Source of the DNA: Camelus dromedarius
Lineage: Eukaryota
DNA: 64,000 nucleotides
Reading direction: 5' to 3'
Assembly: GCF_036321535.1 (NCBI RefSeq)
Contig: NC_087437.1
Location: forward strand, 61,010,001 to 61,074,000
Positions 1 to 12,899 of this stretch are shown piece after piece. Within the stretch, counting starts at the first letter, position 1; every line of letters begins with the position of its first letter. The translations under genes were made by a program, and so were the position numbers. Below the pieces are notes generated by a model. That model was given only the letters and a program-made list of their open reading frames with translations, ran no database searches and was not told the DNA's origin.

Positions 1-341
1 TATTCCAGGTATAGTCACAGCTCTTTGAATTTTTCCCTACAGATTACGGTAGTTATAAATATTTGAAATTATTCATTAGAAAAATTAGCAGAAACTATCA
101 GCTAATGAGATTAGTATCATCATGCTCTTTGTGTTTATAATGTAGAGTAAAAATGAATTTAGACCAACTTAGGTAAACTTAATCTTGTTCATACTAATTT
201 TTGCATGGTCAGTATTATTCAAAGGATGTACAGAATTTAAACATAGCATAATTTCTGAAAAATTCTGTTGTGGATTCTGATTTAATTAGTCAAATTAATA
301 ATTTATTTTAAAATTGTTTTATGCTTTTTGTGTTGCTCAAG

Positions 342-463
342 AACAATTTCTGTGAGGGAAGCATCTTGGCTTCGCCCTTGAATTTCAGAAAATCTGATCC
401 AGTCACAACCAAACCACAAAAGAAAAGTAAGAACAAACAAATAAACACTGGAGATATTCAGAA
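342..463 (+). CDS. RNF168: RNF168 internal coding exon (orthologous to human exon 4), 122 bp
   Basis: AG at 340-341 and GTAAGT at 464. Translates NNFCEGSILASPLNFRKSDPVTTKPQKKSKNKQINTGDIQ(K), recognisable RNF168 sequence, and joins in frame to the next exon. Confidence 0.93.
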
Positions 464-1069
464 GTAAGTGAACATTACTATCAATTATTTATTGACCACC
501 TACTGTAGATTTTTGTTCATAGAGTCTACTGTTGATCAAAATCGATCCATCAACCCTGCATGAAAACCCTCCACATGGTCTAAGCTTGACGTAAAGTGAA
601 AATAAGAGAGATGCTCACATCCTGTGCATCTTAAGCACAGAGATGTGAAGCTTTTTTTATCTTGATTGCTCAGGATTTCCATGTTGTTCCTATTTTCTCA
701 AAATTAATCAATTGGATTCCTTTTTCTTTTGGCTTAGATTCAAGTGAGAAAAGCTGGTCCCAAGTAAGGTCATCCTCATTGAAGGAGTTTACAATTTTGG
801 CATCCCCCACACTCTCTTTTTCCCCAGTTTATGGATTATATTTCTTCTCTACTATACAAAACAAATCAGTCAGGTAGTCAATAGTAGAGCGAATTTAGTT
901 GCCCCACAGCGCCCCTCTAGCAGCAGGAAGAGTTGATGTCTCTGTAAGTGTATAAGCTTTCCAATAGTAGTTCATAGTTGAAACAGTTTATCAACTGTAG
1001 TTTATCAACTACAATCTAGACGTCAAACATGTAAGGGCTTTTGGTTCAACTGCGTAAATATGTGCAGGT

Positions 1070-1810
1070 AATTTGCATCCTTCCAAAATTCATAGAAATT
1101 TAGGATTTGGGGTGGTGGAGACTTGGGATGGGGAGATGGAGATTGGCGGGAAGAGGGCAGCATTAAAGGAAGTGGTTGCTATTAAGGGAGAAAAAAGATA
1201 TGCAACATCAGTGTTGTTAATGCTGATATGCAAAGTAGAAATCAAGAGAAAAACCACTGAAAGGAGAAAAGCAGAGATACTTCGTATTGATATAGTACTT
1301 TCCTGCTTAAAAAATGTAACTGTAATGAATCTAAATAGATACTTTGAAATATTTAAAGATAAAAATTTACTAGAAATATAAGAATAAACTTATGAATTTA
1401 AAAGCAGAAATAGAAGAAACTGAGAAACTAGTGGATTAAAGTTAAAACAAAGTTAAATACAGATAAGGTCTAGTCTCTAGAATATATAAAGAATTCTTAC
1501 ATAAAACAGCAACATACAAGATAGAGTGTTGGTTGCACAACTTTGTACTAAATGTACACTTTAAAATAGTTAATTTTATGTTATATGAATCAAATTTAAA
1601 ATAATTAACAAAAAGCTTACTAAAGTGTTTGAAATTAAGAAAAAGTGCCAGGTAACTCATTGGCTAAAGAGTAAATCTTGATAGAAATATAGAACTGAAA
1701 ATATTGCACATCAAGACTTACGGGATGTGACTGAAGTAGCATTTAGAAGGCTTTAAATGCCGTATCAGATAAAGAAGACAGGCTGAAAATATATCTAAAA
1801 TGACAATTCC
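1070..1810 (+). mobile_element. Old L1M-type LINE-1 fragments
   Basis: A-rich degenerate sequence with L1-like motifs, e.g. catcaagacttacgggatgtgactgaagtagcatttagaagg. Boundaries approximate. Confidence 0.5.
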
Positions 1811-1905
1811 ATAACAAAAAAATAGACTCACAGACTGGTAGCTAGTGGTACATGCCACTTGTGTTTAAAGCATTTGATTTTGGCAAACTTTTTTTTTTTT
1901 TTAAG

Positions 1906-1987
1906 GTATTTGTCACCTAAATCTCAACTTGGGTCAGCATCACAGTCTGAAGTTGCACAAGAAGACAGGAAAAACTCCATGTCTATG
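1906..1987 (+). CDS. RNF168: RNF168 penultimate coding exon (human exon 5 equivalent), 82 bp
   Basis: T14 tract then AAG acceptor; GTATGT donor at 1988. Translates (K)YLSPKSQLGSASQSEVAQEDRKNSMSM. 122+82 = 204 nt restores phase 0 for the last exon. Confidence 0.93.
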
Positions 1988-2127
1988 GTATGTGGGTGCT
2001 ACAGATGTTCTCGGTTTAGCAAGTTTACTGATGCTATAAATTGTTAACACTTGTCATTTCCTAACTTCTTTTTAAAGTCACTGTACTAAATGGAACATTA
2101 TTTCTTAATTATCTTAGACTCACCTAG

Positions 2128-2352
2128 ACTAAGAGTCAGCAAATTTTTCTCTAAAGAGCCAGATAGTAAATATTTTCGGCTTTGCAGCCCACCAGGTCTC
2201 AGTCCCAACTGTCCAATGATGCTGTTGTCATGTGAAAGCATCGACAGACAATATGTAAACAAATGCGCTTGTCTTTGTTCCAGTAAAACCATTTATGAAA
2301 TCAAGCAGCAGGCTGAATTTGGCCTATCGGCCACAGTTTGTAGATCCCTGAC
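2128..2352. mobile_element. MER58-like hAT-Charlie MITE
   Basis: gtcagcaaatttttctctaaagagccagatagtaaatattttcggctttgcag ... ggccacagtttgtagatccctg resembles MER58 termini. Confidence 0.75.
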
Positions 2353-3436
2353 GTAGATAATCAAATTCACAAAACTGGATAGGCTACCCTGGTACCAGCT
2401 TCCCTTAAAAGATTACAGGATGGAAAACAAAGCATGCTAGTAGGGCAGCATCAGGCATCGCTGTTCAACAAGAGTCATTACTACAGAGCTTCTAAGTGAT
2501 GGCCTGGAAATGAGACCATGAAGAAGAGTATAGTAACCACCCAGGTTCGGAAGTCCCATGCCCCATAAGAGTCAGTTATTTACTGTAACAATTCATAGGT
2601 ATAGCTTCCAGGGGTCCTGGTAAAGGGCACACCCAGTCAAAGGAGTTGTAAATTACTTTAAGAAGCCCCAGGCTTTGGCTTCCTGCAACATGTTTATAGA
2701 CCACTCATAGGTCTCCTAGTACAGATGCAGTTCACCAATAAGGGTCATTTTTACCATAAGCTATGTGGCCTAGTAACACATGTGACATTCCCCCTTTATC
2801 GGGTTTCCAAGCAAATAGAATGAAGAAAGATGAGCTGACACCAAAGTCAATTTCCTACAGAGAAGAGGTTTTGTTAACCCTTTACTCATGGGTTCCTAAA
2901 ATTTTTTCAGTTCAGCCAGGTGGTTTTATAACACCAACATTTAATCTTCATCCAACCACTAGCTCTGTAAGGTATCCTTCTTGTGCCCAGTTACAGCTGA
3001 GAAGACTGAGGTATGCAGAGATAAGAGACTCCCAAAGTCCCTTAAGTAGAGGGAGTAGAGGGAGGATTCAAGTCCAGATAGTTTGGCTCATACTAGAACT
3101 AAGGACTGATGTAAGATGCATTCTAGGGCTGGGATTTTTTTTCCTATCCTGATGTTAATATTCACAGCAAAATCAAGTAAGCAGCCTAGAATTTGTCCAA
3201 TCCAAACCACATTGATTCATAAGAAATGTTATGAGTGATGATAAATGCAAAGCAAAGTAGGTGTTTAAAAAAAAAAAAAACAGATTTAAGGTCTCCAACA
3301 ACAAGGAGTAATTTTTGTTGTGGAGCAAATTCTCATTGAAGCGTTTCTTCTTAAGGCTTTCACATGGTCAAAAATAATCCTAGGTCTTGACATACCTAAG
3401 ACCTGTAAGTGAGAAGAAGAATTATACTGGCTAAAG

Positions 3437-3922
3437 CAAGGGTTCTTAACCTAGGGTCTATGAGTAGAATCCACGGAGTACATATGAACTTAGATAGAAG
3501 AAAAAGTTGTTTTCATTTTTGCCTGACCTCTCATTTTAGTGTTTCCTTTAGTTATGAATGTTGGCAGCAAACCATAATACTGTTATCAGTACCTGTGACT
3601 TTATTGCCAGTAGAAAGCACAGGTTTTTAATCATATTACATTTGTTTGCAAGATCTCTTAAAGTATCATTTATATTCATCCCTCCAATATTATAAGTTAT
3701 TAGACTTGCCACTAGATCTTAATATTTAATGTATTTAATAGATAAGCTTTATTACATCATAAATTATAAGATTTTAATAATTGTATTATAAATTATTCCC
3801 TTTATAACTGTATGTATTTATTTTTATGTTTAAAACTATTTTTCTCAGAAGAGGTCTGTAAGCTTCACAAAAATGCCAAAGGGAGGATGATTTGTGACAC
3901 AAAAAGGGATTAAAAACCTCTA
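3437..3922. mobile_element. hAT-Charlie-type non-autonomous DNA transposon relic
   Basis: Starts caagggttcttaacct and ends ggattaaaaacctct, forming degenerate terminal inverted repeats. Confidence 0.6.
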
Positions 3923-4209
3923 GTGTAGAGGAAATTTATAAAGTGAGAGGTCAGGTCATGGTGCCAGCTCCTGGCCATATATATATAACTAGTTTGTGGG
4001 TTTTAATCTATAGGCTTTCATGGGAATGAAAATGAAGAAATACCTTAGTCTAAATTGGCACACAATAGAAATACTATTAAGAATTAATATACCTTCTTGG
4101 TAATAATAATTACCTTATGCTGACAGCTCTGCTATAGTATCAGTGTAATTAGACTTACATATTATGACTTGATATTTTCCCCTATTTGGTCTTTTTCTGT
4201 TTTCTCCAG

Positions 4210-5163
4210 GAAACTGACAGCAGTGATGTAAATAGCCCTACATGGCAAGACATAGAAATGGAGGAAGATATGCCAATACTCTCTCCTCAGATATGCCTTG
4301 AAATTCAAGAACAATGTGCAAAATCTTCAGTGGAGTCACCTATGCCTCAGTTACGTGCCAGTGGTAGAGAATGGTGCCTTGAAGGAAAAGTCGAAACAAG
4401 ATCAAGCAATCATGGTAAAGAATTATGTGTCATAAATCATGAGGAACCTAAAGCCAGAGTTCCCTACTCTGGAGAAGCTGCAGATGAACCTTGTGGCAAA
4501 ACACAGAGTGGGTGTACTGTATCTGATATGACACAGATAATTAGAAATGACACAGCTGAGACAGAAAATGAGGAGTCTCGCCTACTGATCAATAAAGATA
4601 TCTCCAAAAGAAAAAACCAGGAATCTTTGTTTGAAGGAGCCAGGGATCCATGCTTTTCTGCAAAAAGAAGAAAAATGTTCCCCAAAGCTTCCTCAGACCA
4701 AGAGGACACAGAAATCAACTTTACCCAAAAACTGATAGATTTGGAACATCTACTTTTTGAGAGACATAAACAAGAAGAACAGGACAGGTTATTAGCATTA
4801 CAGCTTCAGAAAGAGGTGGATCAAGAACGACTGAGGCCAAACCGGCAAAAAGGATCCCCAGATGAGTATCAGTTACGTGCTACATCCTCACCTCCAGACA
4901 GATTACTAAACGGACAGAGGAAGAATTCCAAAGATAGGAACTTCAAAAGACAAACTGATCTGGAGCATCCAAAACCTCGGAGAGGCTCAAAAAATGAAAA
5001 TTGGCAACCTTCTTTAAAGATCCAGTTTAAACGTTCAGTTAATGGAAAAAAGATACCAAATTCTACTAGAGATGATGGTAATGTGCCTAAAACTGCTCAT
5101 TCCCTACAGCCTAGTAAGTCACAGAAAAGTATTTTTCAGATGTTTCAGAGATACACAAAGTAA
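4210..5163 (+). CDS. RNF168: RNF168 last coding exon (E3 ubiquitin ligase C-terminal half: MIU2, LR motif, C-terminal region)
   Basis: Polypyrimidine tract and CAG acceptor at 4207-4209; 318 codons to TAA at 5161-5163. Contains EEQDRLLALQLQKEV (MIU2), RQKGSPDEYQLR (LR motif) and ends QKSIFQMFQRYTK. Confidence 0.97.
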   Translation, partial: ETDSSDVNSPTWQDIEMEEDMPILSPQICLEIQEQCAKSSVESPMPQLRASGREWCLEGKVETRSSNHGKELCVINHEEPKARVPYSGEAADEPCGKTQSGCTVSDMTQIIRNDTAETENEESRLLINKDISKRKNQESLFEGARDPCFSAKRRKMFPKASSDQEDTEINFTQKLIDLEHLLFERHKQEEQDRLLALQLQKEVDQERLRPNRQKGSPDEYQLRATSSPPDRLLNGQRKNSKDRNFKRQTDLEHPKPRRGSKNENWQPSLKIQFKRSVNGKKIPNSTRDDGNVPKTAHSLQPSKSQKSIFQMFQRYTK

Positions 5164-6340
5164 TGCATGGGTAAAGGGAGTGTTTTATAATCTAGTAAAG
5201 CTGGATTGTGAAGCTCTCTATTGTAGATTCTTAACTTTTTTTTATTAATTCTGCTCTGTGGGCACACTCATTGTCCTCAATTACAGGACAATCCTTGTGA
5301 TTATAAGGGAGAAATATATGAAGGTATTTCTGCCAAACTCAGTGGTAAGCAAGAATCCCTCTCCTTTCCTTTTTTAGTAACTGTGATGTACTAAGTTGAC
5401 AGTCCTTATGGATATAAAAATGCCTTGGCTGACTCCCAAGAAATCATTTCCATGCATTTCCTAAAAAATGCATAATCTATGGCCTTTGCTCAACTTTTTG
5501 TCCTGCCTAGTAATTAAAGCAACTTTATAGTATAACCAAGTAGTTAAGGAATCCAGGCAGGGTTTAAAATCTGTTTCTTGCAACTTTCCCATGTATTTGC
5601 AGAGCTCATGAAATGCATCTTCCATAACACTAAAGTAATCTAATTTCTATTCCACTTTACTTTTTTAAGTATTACAGCATTTTCTTTGACTTAAAATGGA
5701 TTTGGATCAACATGAAGTCAGAAGAATCAGAGTTTTCTGGAAAATTAGGGATTAACTGACAGAAATGAAGCGAGATTCTTGATACAAAAGGGCCTAAGAG
5801 TTGGGATAAGGCTGAGTGGACTGGATTGACAGTTTGGAAGCATTGGAACTGAGTAGATGATCAGATGACTGGGTCCAAAATAGAGTAGCATGTGTTGTTT
5901 GGCAAAGTCTTCTTCCTTGTCTTTCTTTGCTAAATGACACAGAAAATGTGAGTTTTTGCACCGTTGTATCTAATCTGCTATTCAAGGGGAAAAATGGGAA
6001 TTTACTGAGAGTTATATCACAGTATCTACGTTGTACAACCTGACTAACCATGTATTTATTTCCTTATGTTATCATTTGTATTGATACTGACTTACTTGTG
6101 TTATGGACAAAAATAGAAAGTATGATACTTGAGTTTGGCCCTGTCTTACCCATGAAAGTTAAATTAGAAGGTAGTGATTTCATTTTGTGAATTTAACTTA
6201 GAAACTATTGATCTTATGTTTCATTAATGTGAACAACTTAGAGCAAACAAACAATAGTTTTAACAGCATTTCTTCTGATGTCTAGTTAGCCATCCTTTTA
6301 AGGTAAATAACAATAAAATGTCCTAGAGGTAAAAATTCAA
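5164..6340 (+). other. RNF168: RNF168 3' UTR (end uncertain), candidate poly(A) signal AATAAA at 6312-6317
   Basis: AT-rich, repeat-poor sequence after the stop codon, with AATAAA at 6312-6317. The true 3' end cannot be fixed without transcript data. Confidence 0.5.
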
Positions 6341-7009
6341 GATTAAATTTATCAGTATTTCTATACATTATTAAGGGTTTTTTTCCTCCAATTTTGTAAC
6401 TGAAATCTGCATACTTGACGGCATCCACTTCAATACTGATTGGGTAATTATGGGTAGAATTCTGATGCTGATTTAAAATTTAGTTTGCCCTTTCTCAAAA
6501 GTGATTGCCTTCTGAGTAATGATTGTGCTGAAATGAAATGTAGTTAGAAACTAATCAAATTTGTCTAAAATAGACTAAAATCTGTTTTTTCATCAAACCA
6601 GTATTTTTTAAGAGCAATTTCACTTTACAGTTTAGGGTAGGCATTGTTGTAATGCCTCAAATCAAAAGTTATGTAATTAAATCTTCCTGGAATAGTCTAT
6701 GACCAAAAAAGGAGGAAAAATAGGGTAATGTATTTAGGATTTACCTATCTAACCACTTATTTGTGAAGAAATCTTTCTGACTAAAGTCGGTTTTAAGATA
6801 AAGTTTAATTTCTCAGTCGTTCTGAGAAATTATGCATTTTTGTGAGAAACTAGTAAATGTTTCGTGTCAGTCATTAGAATGTATGGATACTTCTCCCATT
6901 TCTTTGGAAGGGATATGAGAGTGTTTAATTTCTCAGGGAGTTCTAAAACTGCAGAGATTGAGAATCTGGAAATTTAAATAATTATTAAAAATTTAAATGG
7001 ACTGTGGTT

Positions 7010-7900
7010 TACAACAGGTAAAAATTAACACATGAAAATTAAAAGTTCTGCATAACAAAAACTATCATAAAGGAAAATTGAAAGACATAAACTAGGGGAG
7101 AAAGATGCAATTCATCACAAAGAGCTAATTTCCTTTATAATAAAGTATCTGCCAATACGTTAAGAAAAAGACTAACAACCCAGAAGGAAAACTAGAGAAG
7201 TTTTTTCCCAAGAAACATTGTTCAAGAAAAGGAAATGTAAATGGCTTTTAAATGTGTTAAAAGATGCATGATATCACTTATACTAATGCTCATATATTTT
7301 TCCACCTTTCAGATTAGTAAAGATAAAGGTGCTTTTTGGGGTCTGCTTTGATACATGTTTGTTTGTTTTAATCTTGGCAAGAGTGTAGGGAAATAGGCAC
7401 TTCTATATGTTGCCTGGTATGAATAGAAAATTTAAAATTCCTAGAGAGGTAACCTTGGCAATTCTTCCTCTATTAAAGCTGTCTTCACATATATGTAGAA
7501 TGGCACAAAATACTTTTGTATGGCATTGTTTGTAATAACAAGCTTAGCAACAACCTTAATCATATCAATACACACCAAATAAATGATGGTACAATGGAAT
7601 ACTATACTGCAATTAAACAAACAAAAAACCTACTTTACTGATGTGAAAAGAACTGTAAGATACAGAGTAAACCAAAAATACAAGCTGTAGAATAGCATAT
7701 ATAGTGAGCAACCATTTGTCCAAAAAAAGAGAAATATATGTATGAACAAGAGAGACAGTGTTGCCAGTGGGGAGAGAAACTGGGTGACTGGGAGATACAA
7801 ATGAAAGAATGACTTTTTGCTATTGTTCTTTTATATTTTTTGAATTTTCAGTCATATTGAATCTATTGTATCAGTCAAAATTTAAATGTTCTTAAAATAT
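7010..7900 (+). mobile_element. Old L1 (L1ME-like) 3' end
   Basis: Degenerate ORF2-end and 3' UTR motifs: acaaagagctaatttcc, acaatggaatactatactgcaattaaa. Confidence 0.65.
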
Positions 7901-10900
7901 TGCAAGATAAAGGAAACTTATGCATCTCAGCCTGCACCACTCTGGATAGTCCTTTTTTGCCTTTAAATTCTAAGAGTTGTAGTTCAGGAAGTTTTTTCAG
8001 TGTGAAAAAATAATTAGCACTGTGAATTTTTGGAAATAGTATTATAAATGAATTTGAATATATTTGGCTTTAATGTACTATTTTAAAATTATTTGAAAAG
8101 CAAATCTTAGGCTTTTCAGGTAGCATTGCAGCAAACCTGTAGTCCTGCTGAAAATAATAAGAAAAGCCAGATTTAAAAAATGTAAAATTTTCTACTTAAA
8201 AGCATCGGAAAGCTACTGAAACAATGCGGACTAAGTTGGCGCTAAGACTCTAGAGAGGGAAGACTTGAGAGGTGAACTGATGTTTGCAACCACTTTTTCG
8301 CTCATAGCATGTGCCTACTCTGAATGCAGGCTGAGATTCAGGGCTGCTGCTGGTGAACAGAGAAACCGGCAGAGCTCTTGGCCATCTCATGAAGCTAGAG
8401 TGACACAAGGGTCATCAAACACAAGGTTGGCTTTCCCATAGAGATAATCACAGTTTTGAAACTGTTCAGAGCAGAGGCCAAAAGGCTGAAAACCTCTGAA
8501 AAGCAGAGAGGAGTTGTCATCAGGTACAAGGTGCTAATGAGACAAGAACAGTTCAGGTCCTACCAGGGAAAGGAAGCCTGTTGAACACACTAAGGCCTCA
8601 ACTGAAAGCCCTAGCACAGAGGTGTGCAGACTATGTCCCACAAGCCAAATCTGCACGCTGACAATTTTTGTAGGGCCTGTGAGCTAAGAATGCTTTTAAA
8701 TGGCTCTTAGGTTCCTTAGTTCACAAATATTTATTCCATAAGGAATTGAACTATGGGACTAGTAATTCGTGCATAAGTTTTGGACCATCAACACAACTAT
8801 ATGCTCCCCCTCAAATTACTTTAATTTGTAAATGGGAATCAGTGTAACTAACGGAGTCGCTATCAAGAGTGAAGGAAAGTAATACACATTGAGCACCTGG
8901 TGCAGGCCGTGATTCAAAAATGAACTTTAATAAGTGATAGTTCTTTTCTCCTGGCTATCCTGCAGCCTCATCACTCCACCAGTCCCACTTTGAAGAGAGT
9001 TTCACTTTATCCCGTGACTTTGTGCGACCATAAGTACCCACATACAGCGTCCAGTAAATTGCAGTTACCTTCTGTCTACTCATGGAGACTCCACTGACCT
9101 CTCTCCTGCCAGATGTGTCCACAGCACCATGTAACAAGAAACCCCTGCTCATAAGTTCCTCTCTGTCACAGTTCCCAGATGACAGGAGACTTTGGCCTCA
9201 GGAAACCATTTCTTGGAAATACCTTGTGGCTTCCTCAGATTCCTATACTGCTTCTATACATTTGGTGTACATAAAGGTGTGTAAAATACCACAAACTTTG
9301 AAAGGAGTTGAGCTACTACTGTATGTTTACTTATTTCTTAATTCCTGTGTAAAGATTAATAAAGAATCATGACTTTAATTTTTAGTCTTTTTTTTCCCCT
9401 TCAGTATATTTATGCCTTGTTTTGGCAGGACTTGGAGCAACACGGACCCTGAATTCACTTGAGGGCACCCTTCTCTTTACATTTCACTTTAACTTGGCTC
9501 TTATGGTCCCAGGCTGCTGCAGTTAGGCTCTATCCGTGAAACCAGTTCCATCCAAAAGGTTTTCTGTCAGTTGGGGATCATAAATTGGGTCTATCTTTTG
9601 TATCATTCCTCTTCCTCTCTTAAGACCCATAAAAAGTTAGGGTGTCTGTTTTTTACTACAAGTCAGACAGACTGAGCGTGGACTTTCCTGAGTCCCAGGA
9701 TCAGGATGAGAATCCCACTCCCTGCTCAGTTTATACTAGAAAAATGTAGATTTTACTGGGTCTATTGATAGATCCACTTGAGGAAAAAAAAACATAATAG
9801 GTATTTCACTAGAGGGTATGCAGTATAGGGAATTGGTTAGACAGGTGTTGGGGCAAAAGGAAACACTGAGATAAGCCAAAGATGATAACTGCAGAGAGTG
9901 GCTGCCGCCCTCAAAGCTGAGAAACACAACAGAAGAGTTTGGTTACTAGATGATGAAGAAAAAAGTGTGTGCCACCCGTACACAGACTATCAGCTAGAGC
10001 CACCACTGTCCTGAGTCCCTACAAACTTTCTAATTCTTACCTACAGGGATGCCAAGAATCCCCCTCTGAAATTTCTTCTACAGAAAATTAAGGTCTCAGG
10101 CATCATCACAAAATTCCCAGAGCTCCTAGGGGGGTACACTCTAGAAATAATAGAACACCAGAGTAAGATTTAAAGGAGGGAGGGCATTTTAGTAATTGAA
10201 GTAGATCACAATGAAGTAACCTTCCAGAGTAGTCCTAAATTGCAAGAAAAAAGAAAAAAATTATATAATAATCTTAGCAAGAGGCACTGAAATAATACTA
10301 ATTTGGTTTTAACATGAGAGAATCTTTCTACTCCCAGAGAGCTTGAAGTAGTTTATACAAGTGCATTCTGAGTTCATTGAATTGAAAACTTCAAAAACAT
10401 AAGTATCTCAAAAATAATTGGTTGGAAAAGCACCTTGTAAACCAAAAATATTTGATTCTTTCTATTGGCGTATGCTTAGAAAATGTATTTAAGGCTTTTA
10501 TATGTGTAAAGCTATAAGTTACATGAATTTAACTGGTTCATTTTTAGAAGAAAAAAATTTTCTGTGGCACTGATAAGCAGGCCACAAACCAAGAAATCAA
10601 TGAGGGGCCTAATTACCTAATAACTTAGGTCTTTAGTTGGGGACAAGTGGCAATTTTAATTTAGTAGCAAAAGCTACCAAAAAGATTATTACTGAACAAA
10701 CCATGCCTCTTTGCTTTGGCTTAAAAAAAAAAAATAACCTGTGCATCATGTATTTTTCTGAAACATTTATTCTAAATGGTGGCTTCTACATTAAATCATC
10801 TTTAAATGTCAAAAAGCTATTGTGACATTTTACTTTAATTTTATGGAATGTGGTTTGTGTTTTTCTCCAGGGTCTTGACAGCAGTTACTACAGAAAACAT

Positions 10901-11139
10901 TTATTTTGAATGAGGTGGAGGTTGGGTTTTCTCTTCCCCCATCATTGTTCTAAGACCACTTACATTTATTTCTCTGTTTGTATTCTTTGTTTATTTTTCT
11001 ATTGGGTTGTTGGACTTTTATCTCAATTTCAAGAGGCTCTTAATGTATCAGGAAGATTGGCCCTTTCTTTGTAATGAGTTACAAAAAAATTTCCCCATGG
11101 GAAAATTCCCCACACACACACCCCAAGGGAAAGATTGAT

Positions 11140-11465
11140 TATTTGATAGCCATGGTCACAGGTAACCACCAGAACAGGTTACAAACCTGTCTAATCAATC
11201 AATGACAACTTGCTTCATTGAACATACCTCTGAAAATGAACCAATCAGTGATAGCGTCATGCTTTGAAAGTCAGCTAATCATCAATGGTCTCAGGCCAGT
11301 AAACACACTTCCTGCACAACCAACACCATTACATTTCTCCATGAGATCTGAGGTTTGCTTTCCCCAAGGCTGGTCACCTGACCACCAGCATACCTGTCCT
11401 TTACTTAAGCAATAAACTCAGAATTGGGGTCTTTGTTATTGAGTGCTGGTCTTGTATATTGACTC
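11140..11465 (+). mobile_element. ERV-type LTR fragment
   Basis: Repeated CCAAT/AATCA-like boxes followed by AATAAA near 11411, inserted in older L1-like sequence. Confidence 0.45.
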
Positions 11466-12384
11466 CAGTTTGTCATTAATTTGACTTAATAATGAGGCTT
11501 TTTTTTTTTCACCATGCTGAAGTTTTTGATCTTCAGATAGTTTAATTTTTCAGTCATTTAAAAAAATTGATTTTTGTTGTTGAAAGAATTTTCTTCGCAG
11601 CTATAAAGATGTTACCCTTTCCCTTCAATACATGGGTATTTTATATGGTTTTATTTTTTACATTTCAATATTTGACTCATTTGGCATTTAAACTGGTATA
11701 GGGAGTAAGGTATGGTTCAACTTTATTTTTTTTTCATTGTTTATCTAATTTGCCCAACACCATTTTAAAAAGAAATCCATTATTGCAAGCAACCAGAGAT
11801 TCCTACTTACATGCTAAGTTTTCATACATGTTAGGGTCTATGTCTGGGTTTCCTGTTCCATTGGCATACTATCCACTCATGCATTGATAACATATTGTTT
11901 TAATTACTGAAGTTTTATGATAGAGCAAGTCACCTCTCATTGCTCTTTTTTTCTCTCACACTATTCTGGCTATTCTCGTTATTTTGCTATATAAACTCTA
12001 GAATCTGTTCCTGGCAGTCTCTTACCCCAGCCACTTCCTTCCTTTCTTTCATCACCAATGGCTGCTACCAAGGAATATTGCCTCTGCTTTCTAAAGGGAT
12101 TCCCTCTCTTAAATCTACCATCACTGGACCTATGTAATTTTTTGACCTTTCCTCTCCACCTGCCCCTGCCACCCGCTCCAACACTGTGCCTGGCTGTCTT
12201 TGTTCTCAGATGCGCTCACAGGAATTCCACCCAGAACAAGGCCCTGACCTCCTGCAGATGCATGCTGGCTGATGTTTTTCTGAGGTTTGCTCCAGGATGG
12301 CACTTCCCATTCTTCCCCACTGCACCTTTTTGGCTTCCCAGGTTGGTTATTCTGGTAAAAAATGTTTGAGGCCATGGTGGGGAA

Positions 12385-12690
12385 CCTCATGTGACAGGGA
12401 ACTGTGATAGGGCTCTAGGAGCTGAGGGTGGCCTCCACTGAGCAGCCAGCAAAAAACTGAAGTTCTCTGTACTCCAGCTGCCAGGAACTGAATGCTGCCA
12501 ACAACCACACAAGCAGGGAAGTGGATCCTCCCGGTGAGAACTAGCCCTGGCCAACATGTTGATTGTAGCCTGGTGAGACGCTAGCAGAATACACAGCTAA
12601 GTGTGCTGACTCCTGACTGAGATAATACAGGTGTGTTATTTTAAGACACTAGGCTTATATTGTTATGCATCAAGAGTTAACTAATATAAG
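12385..12690 (+). mobile_element. MLT1-family MaLR LTR
   Basis: ggaactgaatgctgccaacaaccac ... tgttattttaagacactagg are typical MLT1 motifs. Confidence 0.7.
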
Positions 12691-12899
12691 TCATACGGCA
12701 TGGACTGAGAAACTGCTGAGCTTGACATGGCCTTCCCTCCCCAAACACCACCCCAAAACACCTTCCCACAAGAGGTCTTGCTGCTTTGTCCTTAAACTCA
12801 CCAAGCAGTATAACACATATCTCCTGACTACCCCTCCTTTTCACCCTTGTACTGGGACTGTGCCAAGAGGACTGTACGCTGTAAGGACTAAATTGGAGG

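Noticed and set aside
613..658. Bacterial rho-independent terminator or contamination
   Set aside because: It is embedded in a clearly mammalian intron; kept only as a hairpin observation.
905..924. CTCF site CAGCGCCCCTCTAGCAG in the RNF168 intron
   Set aside because: One extra base in the core breaks the consensus spacing; not supportable without a PWM score or ChIP data.
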